From an uncultured Candidatus Rokubacteria bacterium (GTDB lineage: Bacteria; Methylomirabilota; Methylomirabilia; Rokubacteriales; CSP1-6), in assembly GCA_963789955.1 (NCBI GenBank), contig CAWBMV010000022.1, positions 448,001-512,000 on the forward strand: 64,000 nucleotides of DNA, read 5' to 3'. The translations under genes were made by a program, and so were the position numbers. Under the pieces are notes generated by a model, which saw only the letters and a program-made list of their open reading frames with translations, made no database searches and had not been told where the DNA came from. Shown here one piece after another: positions 22,742-33,371 of the stretch; positions within the stretch are counted from its first letter, which is position 1; each line of letters starts with the position of its first letter.

Positions 22742-23902
22742 ATGCGGATCTCGGTCATCTTTGGCACTCGGCCTGAGGCGATCAAGCTTGCTCCCGTTGT
22801 GGTCGCTCTCAAGAAAGAGAAGCGAGTGCAGTGCAGAGTGTGCGTGACCGCTCAACATCGGGAGATGCTCGATCAGGTCCTGAGCGTCTTCGATATCGTT
22901 CCTGATGACGACTTAGCGATCATGCACCGCAATCAGGACCTTGCGTCGCTCACAGCCCGCGGATTGGAGAAGGTGGACTCGTATCTCAAAAGGGAGCGCC
23001 CTGGACTCGTAATTATCCAGGGGGATACGACGACAACGTTGATCTCCGCTCTGGCGGCATTCTATAACCGTATTCCGATTGCTCACGTCGAGGCGGGATT
23101 GCGGACGCATAACCTCAAGGCGCCGTGGCCAGAGGAGGCGAACCGTGTGTTGACATCTCATCTGGCGGATATTCACTTCGCGCCCACGCAGAGTAGCCGC
23201 GCGAATCTGCTAAACGAGGGAATTCCCAATCATCGGATCTACGTCACAGGGAACACGGTAATCGATGCGCTCCTATTGGCTAGAAACCGAGTTCGGAGGT
23301 GCGCGCCCGTCGTCCCGGGACTGAACAGAGAACTCTCGGCCAGCAATTCCTCGACGAGCATGGTGCTAATCACAGGCCACCGGCGCGAAAGCTTCGGCAA
23401 GGGCTTCGAGTCGATCTGCCGAGCCATTGCAGAACTGGCGAAAAGATTCCCGCGAGTCCAATTCGTCTATCCGGTCCATCTCAATCCCAATGTTCAAAAG
23501 ATCGTAAAGAGCATGCTGGGAGCCAAGGCAAAGGGAGTACGAGTTCTTCCCAACGTCCATTTGCTTGATCCGCTTCCGTATCTTCCGTTCGTCTCGCTGA
23601 TGGACCGGGCTACGCTGATTCTTACCGATTCGGGGGGAGTGCAAGAGGAGGCGCCGAGCCTCGGAAAGCCTGTTCTCGTCATGAGGGAGGTTACGGAGCG
23701 TCCGGAGGCGGTGAACGCGGGAACCGCCAGACTCGTCGGGACACGAACCGAAAGTATCGTGCGCGAAGTCTCGCGACTCTTGACTGAAAGGCCGGCCTAC
23801 CGGGCAATGTCAAGGGCAGTGAATCCGTACGGAGATGGCAAAGCGACGGAGCGTATAGTACGCGTCATCTTGGGACTCAGGGCGTCGTTAGCTGGCCCAT
23901 GA
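22742..23902 (+). CDS. wecB: non-hydrolysing UDP-GlcNAc 2-epimerase
   Basis: FGTRPEAIK, QGDTTT, HVEAGLRT, TGHRRE, TDSGGVQEE, TERPE, NPYGDG. Confidence 0.95.
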   Translation: MRISVIFGTRPEAIKLAPVVVALKKEKRVQCRVCVTAQHREMLDQVLSVFDIVPDDDLAIMHRNQDLASLTARGLEKVDSYLKRERPGLVIIQGDTTTTLISALAAFYNRIPIAHVEAGLRTHNLKAPWPEEANRVLTSHLADIHFAPTQSSRANLLNEGIPNHRIYVTGNTVIDALLLARNRVRRCAPVVPGLNRELSASNSSTSMVLITGHRRESFGKGFESICRAIAELAKRFPRVQFVYPVHLNPNVQKIVKSMLGAKAKGVRVLPNVHLLDPLPYLPFVSLMDRATLILTDSGGVQEEAPSLGKPVLVMREVTERPEAVNAGTARLVGTRTESIVREVSRLLTERPAYRAMSRAVNPYGDGKATERIVRVILGLRASLAGP

Positions 23903-23950
23903 CGAATTGCTGCTAAGCGTTCCGCGCGCAATGCCAGGTGTGGCGAGACT

Positions 23951-24859
23951 ATGAGGCAGATTATCGACCGACTGTTCCCGGGGCTGATGCACCGGTTAGC
24001 GCCGACTGTGATGGAGACCCTCGACCAGGCGGAGTATGCCAAGCGGTGGGTCTACCCGGTGCCGAGCGAGCTGACAGAATATTACAGAACGGCCCGACGA
24101 CTCTGTATGGCCGGGATCGACCTGAACGATAAAGAACAGCTTGAGCGCGTCCAGAGGTGGCGTTCCGAATCGATACATCAAGCTCTCTACGAGAGCTTGC
24201 GCAACGATGTGACGATTAACGTGCCTACCGACTGGGGTAACTTCCTCGGTCGCGGAGCCATCCAGAACGGTTACTATCCTACACCTGACGCCGAAATCTA
24301 CGGCTCGATGATCCTCGATTTTCGGCCCGAGCAGATCGTGGAGGTCGGCTCAGGCTTCAGCACGCTGATCGCGCGCAAGGCCGTGGACCACGCGCGCCTT
24401 CACACAAAGATCGTCATCGTAGACCCCGAACCCCGGACATCCGTCGGCCATGTTGTCGATGAAGTGATCGAAGAGCCGGTTGAACGATCTGGGTTGCGTA
24501 ATCGGATCGATTGGTCACGCAAGACGCTGCTCTTCATCGATTCGAGTCATATTTGCCGTGCACGAGGCGATGTACCGTATCTCTACTGCGACGTTATACC
24601 GTCGCTGCCGGGTGGCGTCCTCGTGCATGTACATGATGTCTTCATTCCATTCGATTACCCTTCTAATTATGACCGCTATCTATATACGGAACAGTACGTC
24701 CTGCATGCTCTGTTGACGCACTCGCTTCGGTATAAGGTCGCTCTATCGACGCAATATCTTTCGGTAGCGCATACATCTGAGATGCAGGCAACGTTTGGGT
24801 CGGCCACAGCCGAACATCCGACGTTCGCTGGCGCTAGCTTTTGGTTCGAGGTGCGCTGA
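23951..24859 (+). CDS. class I SAM methyltransferase (Methyltransf_24-like)
   Basis: VEVGSGFST, VDPEP, LFIDSSH, HVHDVFIPFDYP, EQY. Confidence 0.85.
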   Translation: MRQIIDRLFPGLMHRLAPTVMETLDQAEYAKRWVYPVPSELTEYYRTARRLCMAGIDLNDKEQLERVQRWRSESIHQALYESLRNDVTINVPTDWGNFLGRGAIQNGYYPTPDAEIYGSMILDFRPEQIVEVGSGFSTLIARKAVDHARLHTKIVIVDPEPRTSVGHVVDEVIEEPVERSGLRNRIDWSRKTLLFIDSSHICRARGDVPYLYCDVIPSLPGGVLVHVHDVFIPFDYPSNYDRYLYTEQYVLHALLTHSLRYKVALSTQYLSVAHTSEMQATFGSATAEHPTFAGASFWFEVR

Positions 24860-24899
24860 TTCCAAGTCGGCAATCACGGGGTCGGCTGGGGGGGCTGTG

Positions 24900-25970
24900 A
24901 TGCGTGATGCCCTCTTGACGGTAGCCCGAACTGTTGCCCGGCAACCCGTGGTCCGCACGCTCCTGACGCCGATTCTGCCGCGCGTGCGGCTGATGCGTCG
25001 CGAATGGGAGCGCCCGCACTTCGCCAAGGCGTATCGGGCGCATCTTCGCCGCCAGCTGGGCCACCGCCACCCGCGCCGCCGCGCCTTCCGGGAGTACGCC
25101 CTCCTCAGCCTTGAGCGCGGCGCGCAGGCCGCCGCCCTCGTGCAACGCTACCGCGACGTGCGCGGTACCCGACACCTGGACATCGGCTCGGCCTATGGGG
25201 GGTTCTCGATTGCATTCGTACGGGGCGGCGCCCGGGAATCCGTCGGCGTCGAGCCGGACGCCGACCTGCTGGGCCTGTCGCACGCGCTTCTGCGCGACTT
25301 CCCCTGCGCGGCTCAGCTGATTCAGGGCGACAGCCTGGATGCCTCGTTCATGGCCTCGCTGGGGGTCTTTGATGTGATCACCTGCAATGATGTCCTGGAG
25401 CACGTCGAGGACCCCTGGGCGCTCATCCGTCACATGGCGGCGGCCCTACGGCCAGGCGGTGTAGCCTACGTCGCCATGCCCAACAATCGCGCCTTTGATC
25501 ACGTCCTGGCTGATCCCCACTACGGCCTATTCGGGATCTCGCTCCTGCGAAGAGAGGACGCGCGGCGCTATTACGACCAGGTCCGCGATGCCTCCTGGCA
25601 ACACTATGACGTGGCCGAGTTCTACCCCCTTGCTGAGTATCGCAAGGCGATGGCCCTGGCAGGCCTGGATGCCACGATAGATCCTGATCCCCCGCACTCC
25701 GTCGAGGAACTGGCGGACAGCGTCCGGGATCTGGAACGCACTGCAGAGGCGCGCATCCCCTCCACACTCGACGGGCATGTGCGTCAGCTGGTGCGCCACG
25801 CCGTCGCGGCCTACGTCGGTGACTTCTGGGTGGCGTATGGACGCCGGGAGCCCGACGATCTGCTCCTGAACTACGCTAGCTCCGTATGGCGTGTACTGGC
25901 GCGGAAGCTCACTCAAGCGACCGAGCCAGGCGAGCGTGGCAGGAGCCAATCAAAGGGTTCCCTCATCTGA
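24900..25970 (+). CDS. class I SAM methyltransferase
   Basis: LDIGSAYGG, FDVITCNDVLEH, LRPGG. Confidence 0.85.
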   Translation: MRDALLTVARTVARQPVVRTLLTPILPRVRLMRREWERPHFAKAYRAHLRRQLGHRHPRRRAFREYALLSLERGAQAAALVQRYRDVRGTRHLDIGSAYGGFSIAFVRGGARESVGVEPDADLLGLSHALLRDFPCAAQLIQGDSLDASFMASLGVFDVITCNDVLEHVEDPWALIRHMAAALRPGGVAYVAMPNNRAFDHVLADPHYGLFGISLLRREDARRYYDQVRDASWQHYDVAEFYPLAEYRKAMALAGLDATIDPDPPHSVEELADSVRDLERTAEARIPSTLDGHVRQLVRHAVAAYVGDFWVAYGRREPDDLLLNYASSVWRVLARKLTQATEPGERGRSQSKGSLI

Positions 25971-26237
25971 GGGGCAGCCGGTGTGTCAAATTCGGACTCG
26001 GGGTGGCACGACGATCGATTCGATCACCAGCGATCTTGCCAGTCGCGGGCACCCGCGGCGTGGCGTGCCAGGGCGTCCGCTCCCACGGTCGAGTGGCGTT
26101 AATAGTTGGCGAGTGCTCCATCCCGGTCTGTAGCTGTGGGCAGGCCGACAGAGCCCCCGCTGACGTGGGGAGGGGAGCGACGAGTTCCGACAATGGCGTC
26201 TACGAAGGTCGCCGCGCGGCCGAGCGGCAGAAGGACG

Positions 26238-26520
26238 ATGGCATCCCCAGCGATCGACAACCCGCTCGAAAGCATCGCGCTCTTGCCGGAGGACTGGCAC
26301 GCGGCCGGCTCGGTGACGATGCCCGTGCTGCGCGGTCTCGCGCGGCTGGCATCCGCCCGCCGCATCGATCACTCCATGGAGACTGGATCGGGAAAGACGA
26401 CGCTGCTGTTGTCGTCCTGAGCGCTGATCACACCGTCTTCGCGATCGACGAGTACGACGGCGTGAACCCCCGCAGCATCGGCAACGTGCGCGCGTCGCCG
26501 CTGCTCGAGTCAGCTATCGT
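26238..26520 (+). pseudogene. truncated methyltransferase remnant
   Basis: WHAAGSV..., METGSGKTTLLLS then frameshift to HTVFAIDE; no C-terminal half. Confidence 0.5.
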
Positions 26521-26751
26521 GGCTGAAGCCGTTGGTTCCTCGCTGGCTGGTGCCGCTCCTGCGCGGGCTGCGTGGAAGCTGACGACACCCTCGGGCGGCG
26601 CGGCGCGATCTGCTCGCTCGTGCCCGATACGACGTGGTTTGCTAGGCTCCGTACCCGTGAGCGAATCACCTCGCGAGACGAAGGAAGAGAGTAGGCGACG
26701 AGTTGGCCCGCAGCGCGGACCTGCTCGAGGCCGTGGCCGCAGTCACGGTCA

Positions 26752-28029
26752 TCATAGCCAACTCCGTGTCCCAAGAAACCCGGTCCGATTTACACGGTCT
26801 CTACCGTCTCGTGTCACTTCGGCGGCGACGCGAAGGAACTGCTTCGCGATTGTCGTCGACTCATAACGGCATGCAAGCGATTCAGGTGGGGCATATCGAC
26901 CGAGACCACCCCGAACGAAAGCATCAAACAAGATCTGAAGAGCGTCCGCGACCCCGCCCGAATCGTGTGGGCCGACGCGGATAATCCCTCCCTCTTTGCT
27001 AAGATCATTTACGGTTCCGGTGGCTGGGCTCAATGCGATGATCGGCTTGCGTGCAGCGATGTAGTCGCAGAGCTTAGAAGGCAGGAAGATCCCCGTGTCT
27101 AGATCGGCCTCGACGAGCAGACAGGCGGTCGCACTCGCGATGAATGCCAAGCTTTCGTCGTAGCCGACCTGACCGATGGACGTGACAGACGATTCGACGC
27201 CGAGCGCGGCCGCGTACTGGGCTGTCACTGGATCCTCGGGCCCTACGAAGACCAGTCTGGTGCGAGGTCGCGCGGCGGGGTTGACCGCAAAGAACTGCGC
27301 GAGGCCCTCAATCATCGCATTCGCTCGGCGTCCAGTCGCTTCATGCATCCGTAGCTTGCCCGCATGAACAATGACAAAGTCTCGCTCATTGGAAGTGACG
27401 TCCACGGATGCGCCAACGTGGGGAATGACTTCGACTCGTTTCCGGCGAAATCCCTGTAACGTATAGTCTCGGAGGCGTTCGCAGGGAAATGTTACGGCCG
27501 ACGCCTTCGCTAGTACCCGCAGTCGCCAAAATCCCTCGCTGGCGCCATGCTTCCATTCGGACCTCGCTTTCGGGTCGACAATGAATCGAGAGAGATCCCA
27601 CGGATCATTGAAGTTGACGATCCAGGGAATTCCAAGGTCCGAGGATACCCAATAGCCGGCGATATGCGCATACCAGGGATATGAGCGGGAGACAACGAGT
27701 GTGAACTTCTTCTTGTTGTTCAGTTCGCGTGCTTTCGCGATGACCGCCTTTGTCCAGCCTGTCCACGTGGTTGTCTGATACCTGACGCCTCGCCACGCTC
27801 GCGCAATCAGCGATGCACGTGCTGGATTGGGGACATCCACGGTCACGCGCCGCAACGGCTCCCAACGCCTCGACCCGTCCGCCAGGAGCGGCGGCTGCAT
27901 GCCCGTGTGACAGCAGATGACAGACACGTCGACATTGGTTGGGAGCAGAGCCTGGGCAAACTTACCGCCGCAAAACGCCTCGGCGTCGATGCGCGGAGCA
28001 AAGACTGGACTGACGATAAGTATGTTCAT
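26752..28029 (-). CDS. GT4-like glycosyltransferase
   Basis: FNDPW, VHAG, VFVG, LPSKLCDYIAARKPI. Confidence 0.8.
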   Translation of the reverse strand: MNILIVSPVFAPRIDAEAFCGGKFAQALLPTNVDVSVICCHTGMQPPLLADGSRRWEPLRRVTVDVPNPARASLIARAWRGVRYQTTTWTGWTKAVIAKARELNNKKKFTLVVSRSYPWYAHIAGYWVSSDLGIPWIVNFNDPWDLSRFIVDPKARSEWKHGASEGFWRLRVLAKASAVTFPCERLRDYTLQGFRRKRVEVIPHVGASVDVTSNERDFVIVHAGKLRMHEATGRRANAMIEGLAQFFAVNPAARPRTRLVFVGPEDPVTAQYAAALGVESSVTSIGQVGYDESLAFIASATACLLVEADLDTGIFLPSKLCDYIAARKPIIALSPATGTVNDLSKEGGIIRVGPHDSGGVADALQILFDAFVRGGLGRYAPPESLACRYESTTIAKQFLRVAAEVTRDGRDRVNRTGFLGTRSWL

Positions 28030-28128
28030 ATCTTCAAAAGAGTTCAGCTATAGGCTTTCCAGGGTTTTCGTAGCACCACGCAATGTCGTTAGCGCAATGA
28101 GCGAACTCTGAATGCCTCCATTGCCAGA

Positions 28129-28566
28129 ATGCTCTCACATCCGCCCATCCTGTTCATAGGGGAGAACCAGCCATACGGCGCAGTCCACGGCGGCGGATTG
28201 CGGACTCGAGTAACGATCGAAGCGCTCGCGCGCGTGGGGCACGTCACGGTTCTGCCGGGCGTTCGCCGGTCTTGGAGCGCAGATGCAGTGGCAGAGACGG
28301 CTCGGAGGTTCGAGCTGGCTCCCGCTGTGTGGTATTGCGGTGGAACGAGACCCCGTTATTCGCGTGGATTCAGCGGAATCTCAGCCCTCGATGGCATGGA
28401 CACTGATGGCTTTCATATCGACGCAAGCGACGGACCAGTCGTCGACCGGGTTCTTCGGCGCAGCGAGTTGGTATGGGTGGGGCGCAACGCATACATGCGC
28501 TCTGCCGCGCATGGCTCTGGCGTCGTCGAGAGAAGCTTCTTGACGAACGCTTTCACCACTTTGTGA
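28129..28566 (+). pseudogene. truncated GT4 N-terminal fragment paralogous to 28646..29833
   Basis: ILFIGENQPYGAVHGGGLR...HIDASD...ELVWV parallels ILYVTSHWPGAAPYGAQQR...GVDASE...DLAWV. Confidence 0.55.
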
Positions 28567-28645
28567 TAATGCAAGTGTTCGTATCGTACGCTCTTGTGGA
28601 GTATCAAGCGATGAGTAGGATCCGGCCGGCGCCGACGGGAGGATC

Positions 28646-29833
28646 ATGTCCGCCCTGAAAATCTTGTACGTGACATCTCACTGGCCGGGCGCGGCGCCGT
28701 ATGGGGCGCAGCAGCGAGTACAGCAGATCGGACGCCTGCTCAAGCAGTGTGGCGACGTCAGCGTCGTCGTCGTGACCGACGACGACCGTTGGCGCAAGCA
28801 GAGCGAAGCCGAGTTCGACATTGTGCGTGTCGTCCCTGTGAGGCCGTCATCGGCAGGTGGGATCGTTGGCCGCCTGCGCCACGAGCTCGATCCCGGATAT
28901 CTGCAGACCGTTCCTTTAGGGGTCGATGCCAGCGAGCGCGAGGCGGTTCTGGATCTGGTGGCAGGGCACGACCTGGCATGGGTTCACACGATAAAAACAG
29001 CCGATCTTCTGCGCATCGACCGCTGGCCACACGCGATCCTGGACATCGACGACATTCCGAGTGGCCTTTATGCATCGTCGGCCCGGGCGGATGGAGCAGT
29101 CGGCAGACGGCTGCTCGACTGGCGAATGAGTGTGATCTGGAGGCGTCGGGAGCGAAGGCTCGCCGAGCGATTCAGCGTGCTCCTGGTCTGTAGTGAGATC
29201 GATCGGCAGTACCTCGGAATCGAGCAGGTCCGCGTGTTGCCGAATGGATTCGAGCGTCTGGCGCGCGTGTCCCGTTCTCCCGCTCAACCGCCTCGACTCG
29301 GCTTCATCGGGAACTTCCAGTGGTACCCCAATGTCGAAGGCGTCCGCTGGTTTTGCGGCAACGTGTGGCCGCTGGTCCGGCGGGAGCTGCCACAAGTCGA
29401 GCTTCGCGTCGTAGGGGAGGGAACGGAGGTGGCGAGCGGTTGGGGGCGCGACATCTCGGGGCTCGGTCGGATGCGTAACGTGGGAGACGAGATCGCCAGC
29501 TGGTCTGGCATGATCGTCCCGATCCGTACCGGTGCGGGAACACGCATAAAGGTTGTCGAGGCTTTCGCCAGGTGCTGTCCGCTGGTCGCGACGAGCCTGG
29601 GCGCCTATGGCTATGATCTACGCGACGAAGAGGAGCTGTTTCTGGCCGACACGCCGGATGTCTTCGCGCGTCGGTGCCTTGAATTGATCCGCGATCCACA
29701 GCGCGCCGAGGCCATGGCCGAGCGCGCACATCGGCGCTTCCTGATGTGCTGGACGTGGGAGTCGTACGCCGAGATCGTGCGAGCGGCGGTGCACGACGTC
29801 TGCAGGAAGGGCTCTGGGGTGAGAGACACATGA
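28646..29833 (+). CDS. GT4 glycosyltransferase
   Basis: LPNG, GFIGNFQWYPNVEG, PIRTGAGTRIKVVEA. Confidence 0.9.
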   Translation: MSALKILYVTSHWPGAAPYGAQQRVQQIGRLLKQCGDVSVVVVTDDDRWRKQSEAEFDIVRVVPVRPSSAGGIVGRLRHELDPGYLQTVPLGVDASEREAVLDLVAGHDLAWVHTIKTADLLRIDRWPHAILDIDDIPSGLYASSARADGAVGRRLLDWRMSVIWRRRERRLAERFSVLLVCSEIDRQYLGIEQVRVLPNGFERLARVSRSPAQPPRLGFIGNFQWYPNVEGVRWFCGNVWPLVRRELPQVELRVVGEGTEVASGWGRDISGLGRMRNVGDEIASWSGMIVPIRTGAGTRIKVVEAFARCCPLVATSLGAYGYDLRDEEELFLADTPDVFARRCLELIRDPQRAEAMAERAHRRFLMCWTWESYAEIVRAAVHDVCRKGSGVRDT

Positions 29834-29841
29834 ATCGACAG

Positions 29842-29870
29842 TGGCGGAGACGGCCCGGAGATTCGAACTC
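29842..29870 (-). other. degenerate tRNA 3'-end-like fragment
   Basis: Minus strand GAGTTCGAATCTCCGGGCCGTCTCCGCCA: T-loop plus ...CTCCGCCA end as in tRNA-Ser, with 3 extra nt and no 5' half. Confidence 0.3.
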
Positions 29871-30135
29871 GGCCCCCCAACACGCTAGTATGGCGAAAAA
29901 AGACGGCGTCTGTTTGTGCGGATTCAGCGAATGTCAGTCCCCGCAGAATCTTTGTACTCGCGTTGCCCTGATGGTGGATGCGGGTCATAATTCACGACGG
30001 GACCATGAGACTAACGGACGTCTATAGAATTCGCTCTGCCGACTGTTGGGGGCCGGCCATTGTCCGATGCGTACAGGTTCGGAACATCGGCCATCGCCGA
30101 GCGGGTGGGCGCCAAGGCACATCGTCCTATCTGAC

Positions 30136-31155
30136 ATGAAGAAGCTCGTTTCGGTCCTTATTCCCGCGTACAACGCCGCAGAGTTCATCGCCGACACTAT
30201 CAAGTCGGTGCTGGCGCAGACGTGGCCACGAACAGAGATTATCGTCGTCAACGACGGCTCCCAGGACGACACGTTGGCAATAGCGCGTCAGTTCGAGTCG
30301 AAACAAGTGCTCGTGGTGACCAAAGACAACGAAGGCGCGGCGGCGACTCGTAACAAGGCATTTTCCCTCTGTCAGGGCGACTACATCCAGTGGCTCGACG
30401 CCGACGATCTTCTGTCGCCGAACAAAATTTCTCGACAGATGGCCCTCGTGGAAAGCGGTGACGGGAGCCGCAGTCTATTGTCGTCCGGCTGGGCGTCCTT
30501 TATGTATCGTCCGCAGCGCGCGCGGTTCACGCCAACGGCTCTCTGGTGCGACCTATCACCGACCGAATGGCTGGTTCGGAAAATGAGCCAGAACTTGTAC
30601 ATGCAGACCGCTACCTGGCTGGTGAGTCGCGAGATGAGTGAGGCGGCCGGTCCCTGGAACCCCCGGCTGCTCGGCGATGACGATGGCGAGTATTTTTGCC
30701 GAGTGCTTCTCGCGAGTGAGGGCGTCCGGTTCGTCTCCGATGCCAAGGTCTTCTACCGTGTCTCGGGATACAGTCGCCTGAGCTATATCGGCCGATCGGA
30801 CCGCAAGATGGCCGCTCATTTTGATTCGATGCGGCTTCACATCGGCTATCTCTTGTCATTAGAAGATAGTGCTCGCACGCGGGCGGCGTGCGTGAAATAT
30901 TTGCAGAACTGGTTGCTGACTTTCTATCCGGAGCGGATGGACATCGTCAGAGAGGCTGAAAGTCTGGCGGCCGAGCTCGGCGGTAAATTGGTCGCCCCGC
31001 GTTTGTCCTGGAAGTATGAATGGCTTCGACGTCTATGCGGCTGGCAATGCGGAAAACTCGCGATGGTGTATCTGCCGCGGACAAGATGGTCGCTGACGAG
31101 GCGATGCGACTACCTGCTTTCCCTGCCGCATCGCAGAACATCAGAGAATCGATAG
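30136..31155 (+). CDS. GT2 glycosyltransferase
   Basis: VSVLIPAYN, VNDGSQD, WLDADD, DDDGEY. Confidence 0.9.
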   Translation: MKKLVSVLIPAYNAAEFIADTIKSVLAQTWPRTEIIVVNDGSQDDTLAIARQFESKQVLVVTKDNEGAAATRNKAFSLCQGDYIQWLDADDLLSPNKISRQMALVESGDGSRSLLSSGWASFMYRPQRARFTPTALWCDLSPTEWLVRKMSQNLYMQTATWLVSREMSEAAGPWNPRLLGDDDGEYFCRVLLASEGVRFVSDAKVFYRVSGYSRLSYIGRSDRKMAAHFDSMRLHIGYLLSLEDSARTRAACVKYLQNWLLTFYPERMDIVREAESLAAELGGKLVAPRLSWKYEWLRRLCGWQCGKLAMVYLPRTRWSLTRRCDYLLSLPHRRTSENR

Positions 31156-31187
31156 GTTCCTCTCACAACATAGTCGACTCACCCCGA

Positions 31188-32291
31188 ATGGATTCCGACC
31201 GGACACGTTCAGGCACAGAGGCTTCGGCTCAAGGAGCCGGGGAGATCATCGGCCTCAGCGACCTGGTCCTCGTCACTGGAGCGACGGGATTCCTCGGAAC
31301 CCGCGTTGTCACGAGTCTTCTGGGTCGCGGCTTCCGCAACATTCGTTGCTTCACTCGACGGTCCAGTGGCCTCGACGCCTTCGACGTCATGGTCGGCGGA
31401 CACCATACGGCCGGCGTTGACCTGATTCGGGGAAATCTTCTATCGCGTGACGATTGCATCAAGGCGACAAAGGATGTGGCGGTGATCTATCACCTGGCGG
31501 CGGGGACCGGGGAGAAATCCTTCCCCGACGCCTTCATGAACTCGGTGCTCACGACGCGCAATCTTCTCGACGCCACGCTGGGGCACGGATGCCTCAGGCG
31601 ATTCGTCAACGTCAGCTCCTTCGCGGTCTACACGAACCGGAACAAGCCCCACCGGCGTCTCCTGGACGAGTCGTGTCCGATCGAGGCGCACCCCGAGCGC
31701 CGGGGCGAGGCGTATTGCTACGCGAAGGTTAAACAGGATGAGCTCGTCGTCGGGTACGGGACGAAGCACGGGATCCCTTACGTTCTCGTTCGGCCCGGGA
31801 GCGTGTATGGTCCTGGTCAGGCGGGGATCACGGGCCGGGTCGGCTCCGGGGCGTTCGGGATCTTCCTGCACCTGGGAGGGACGAACGTCATACCCTTCAC
31901 GTACGTGGACAATTGCGCCGACGCAATCGTCCTGGCTGGCATCAGGAAGGGTGTCGACGGAGAGGTCCTGAATGTGGTCGACGACGACCTCCCCACGAGT
32001 CGGCAATTCCTGCGGCTCTACAAGCGACACGTCAGACCCTTCCGGTCCATCCCCGTCCCGCGCCTGGTCAGCTATCTGCTCTGCTCCGCTTGGGAGAAAT
32101 ACTCCACGTGGTCCGAGGGCCAATTGCCTCCTGTCTTCAATCGCCGGGCGTGGCACGCGTACTGGAAGGGCAGCCGCTATACCAACGCGAAGCTCAAAGC
32201 GCTCCTGGGCTGGACCCCGGGCGTGACGACCGCAGAAGGGCTTCGGCGCTACTTCGAGAGCTGCAGGGCACGAGAGCGCGGTGTCTCTTAG
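31188..32291 (+). CDS. NAD-dependent epimerase/dehydratase (extended SDR)
   Basis: TGATGFLG, YHLAAG, VSSFAVY, YCYAK (YxxxK), RPGSVYG. Confidence 0.9.
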   Translation: MDSDRTRSGTEASAQGAGEIIGLSDLVLVTGATGFLGTRVVTSLLGRGFRNIRCFTRRSSGLDAFDVMVGGHHTAGVDLIRGNLLSRDDCIKATKDVAVIYHLAAGTGEKSFPDAFMNSVLTTRNLLDATLGHGCLRRFVNVSSFAVYTNRNKPHRRLLDESCPIEAHPERRGEAYCYAKVKQDELVVGYGTKHGIPYVLVRPGSVYGPGQAGITGRVGSGAFGIFLHLGGTNVIPFTYVDNCADAIVLAGIRKGVDGEVLNVVDDDLPTSRQFLRLYKRHVRPFRSIPVPRLVSYLLCSAWEKYSTWSEGQLPPVFNRRAWHAYWKGSRYTNAKLKALLGWTPGVTTAEGLRRYFESCRARERGVS

Positions 32292-33366
32292 CGTGGCCAT
32301 CGTCGGATGCGGCAAGATCGCCGATGCTCATGCCGAGCAGATCCGGCGCATCAAGGAATGTGACCTCGTGGGAGCCTGCGACCGCGAAGAGCTGATGGCC
32401 CGGCAATTCGCCGAGCGGTTCGAGGCTCCGCGCTACTTCGATAATCTGGACCAGCTCCTCGAGGAGGCCAGGCCAGAGGTCGTGCACGTCACGACACCGC
32501 CCCAGAGCCATTTCACGATCGCCCGACAATGCCTCGAGCATGGGTGTCATGTGTACGTGGAGAAGCCGTTCACGCTCAACGCTCACGAGGCCGAGGTGCT
32601 CGTCGGGCTGGCCGAGCGACGCGGGCTGCGCTTGACCGTCGGGCATGACGCTCAGTTCAGTCAGGCCGCCCGGCGCATGCGGTCACTGATCCGCCAGGGA
32701 TACCTCGGCGACACCGTTGTCCACATGGAAAGCTATTATGGCTACGACCTCGGCGACCCCATGTATGCGCGCGCGTTCCTGGGCGAGAAGGGGCACTGGG
32801 TGCGGATGCTTCCGGGAGGATTGCTGCAGAATGTCATCAGTCACGGCATCGCCCGCATCGCCGAGCTACTCAGTGGGGAGAACCTCCGAGTCATTGCCCA
32901 CGGCTTCGTGAGCCCGTTTCTTCGGCGCCTCTGCGGCGAAGAGGTGCTCGACGAGCTCAGGGTCATCGTCGTCGACGAGCGTGGCAGCACAGCGTATTTC
33001 ACGTTCTCGTCCCAGATGCGGCCCGTCCTCCATCAGTTCCGAGTCTTCGGGTCCCGAAACGGTCTGGTGCTTGACGAACAGCAGCAGACCGTTGTGAAGC
33101 TGAGAGGTGGGGCACTCAAGAGCTATCTGGAGCGCTTCGTCCCCCCGATCACCTTGGCCCGGCAGTACGTCGGAAACACGGCGCGCAATGCGCGATTGTT
33201 CCTGAGGAACGACTTTCACATGGAGGCTGGTAAGAAGGAGTTGATGGCGGCTTTCTACCGCTCGATCGTGGACGCTACGCCGCCGCCGATCCCTTCCAGC
33301 GAGATCTTGCGCACGGCGAGGCTTATGGACTCGATTTTCGAGCAAGTCAGGATTCCATCGCCCTAG
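32281..33366 (+). CDS. Gfo/Idh/MocA oxidoreductase
   Basis: IVGCGKIA, TTPPQSH, VYVEKP. Confidence 0.9.
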   Translation: MSLSVAIVGCGKIADAHAEQIRRIKECDLVGACDREELMARQFAERFEAPRYFDNLDQLLEEARPEVVHVTTPPQSHFTIARQCLEHGCHVYVEKPFTLNAHEAEVLVGLAERRGLRLTVGHDAQFSQAARRMRSLIRQGYLGDTVVHMESYYGYDLGDPMYARAFLGEKGHWVRMLPGGLLQNVISHGIARIAELLSGENLRVIAHGFVSPFLRRLCGEEVLDELRVIVVDERGSTAYFTFSSQMRPVLHQFRVFGSRNGLVLDEQQQTVVKLRGGALKSYLERFVPPITLARQYVGNTARNARLFLRNDFHMEAGKKELMAAFYRSIVDATPPPIPSSEILRTARLMDSIFEQVRIPSP

Positions 33367-33371
33367 AGAGC

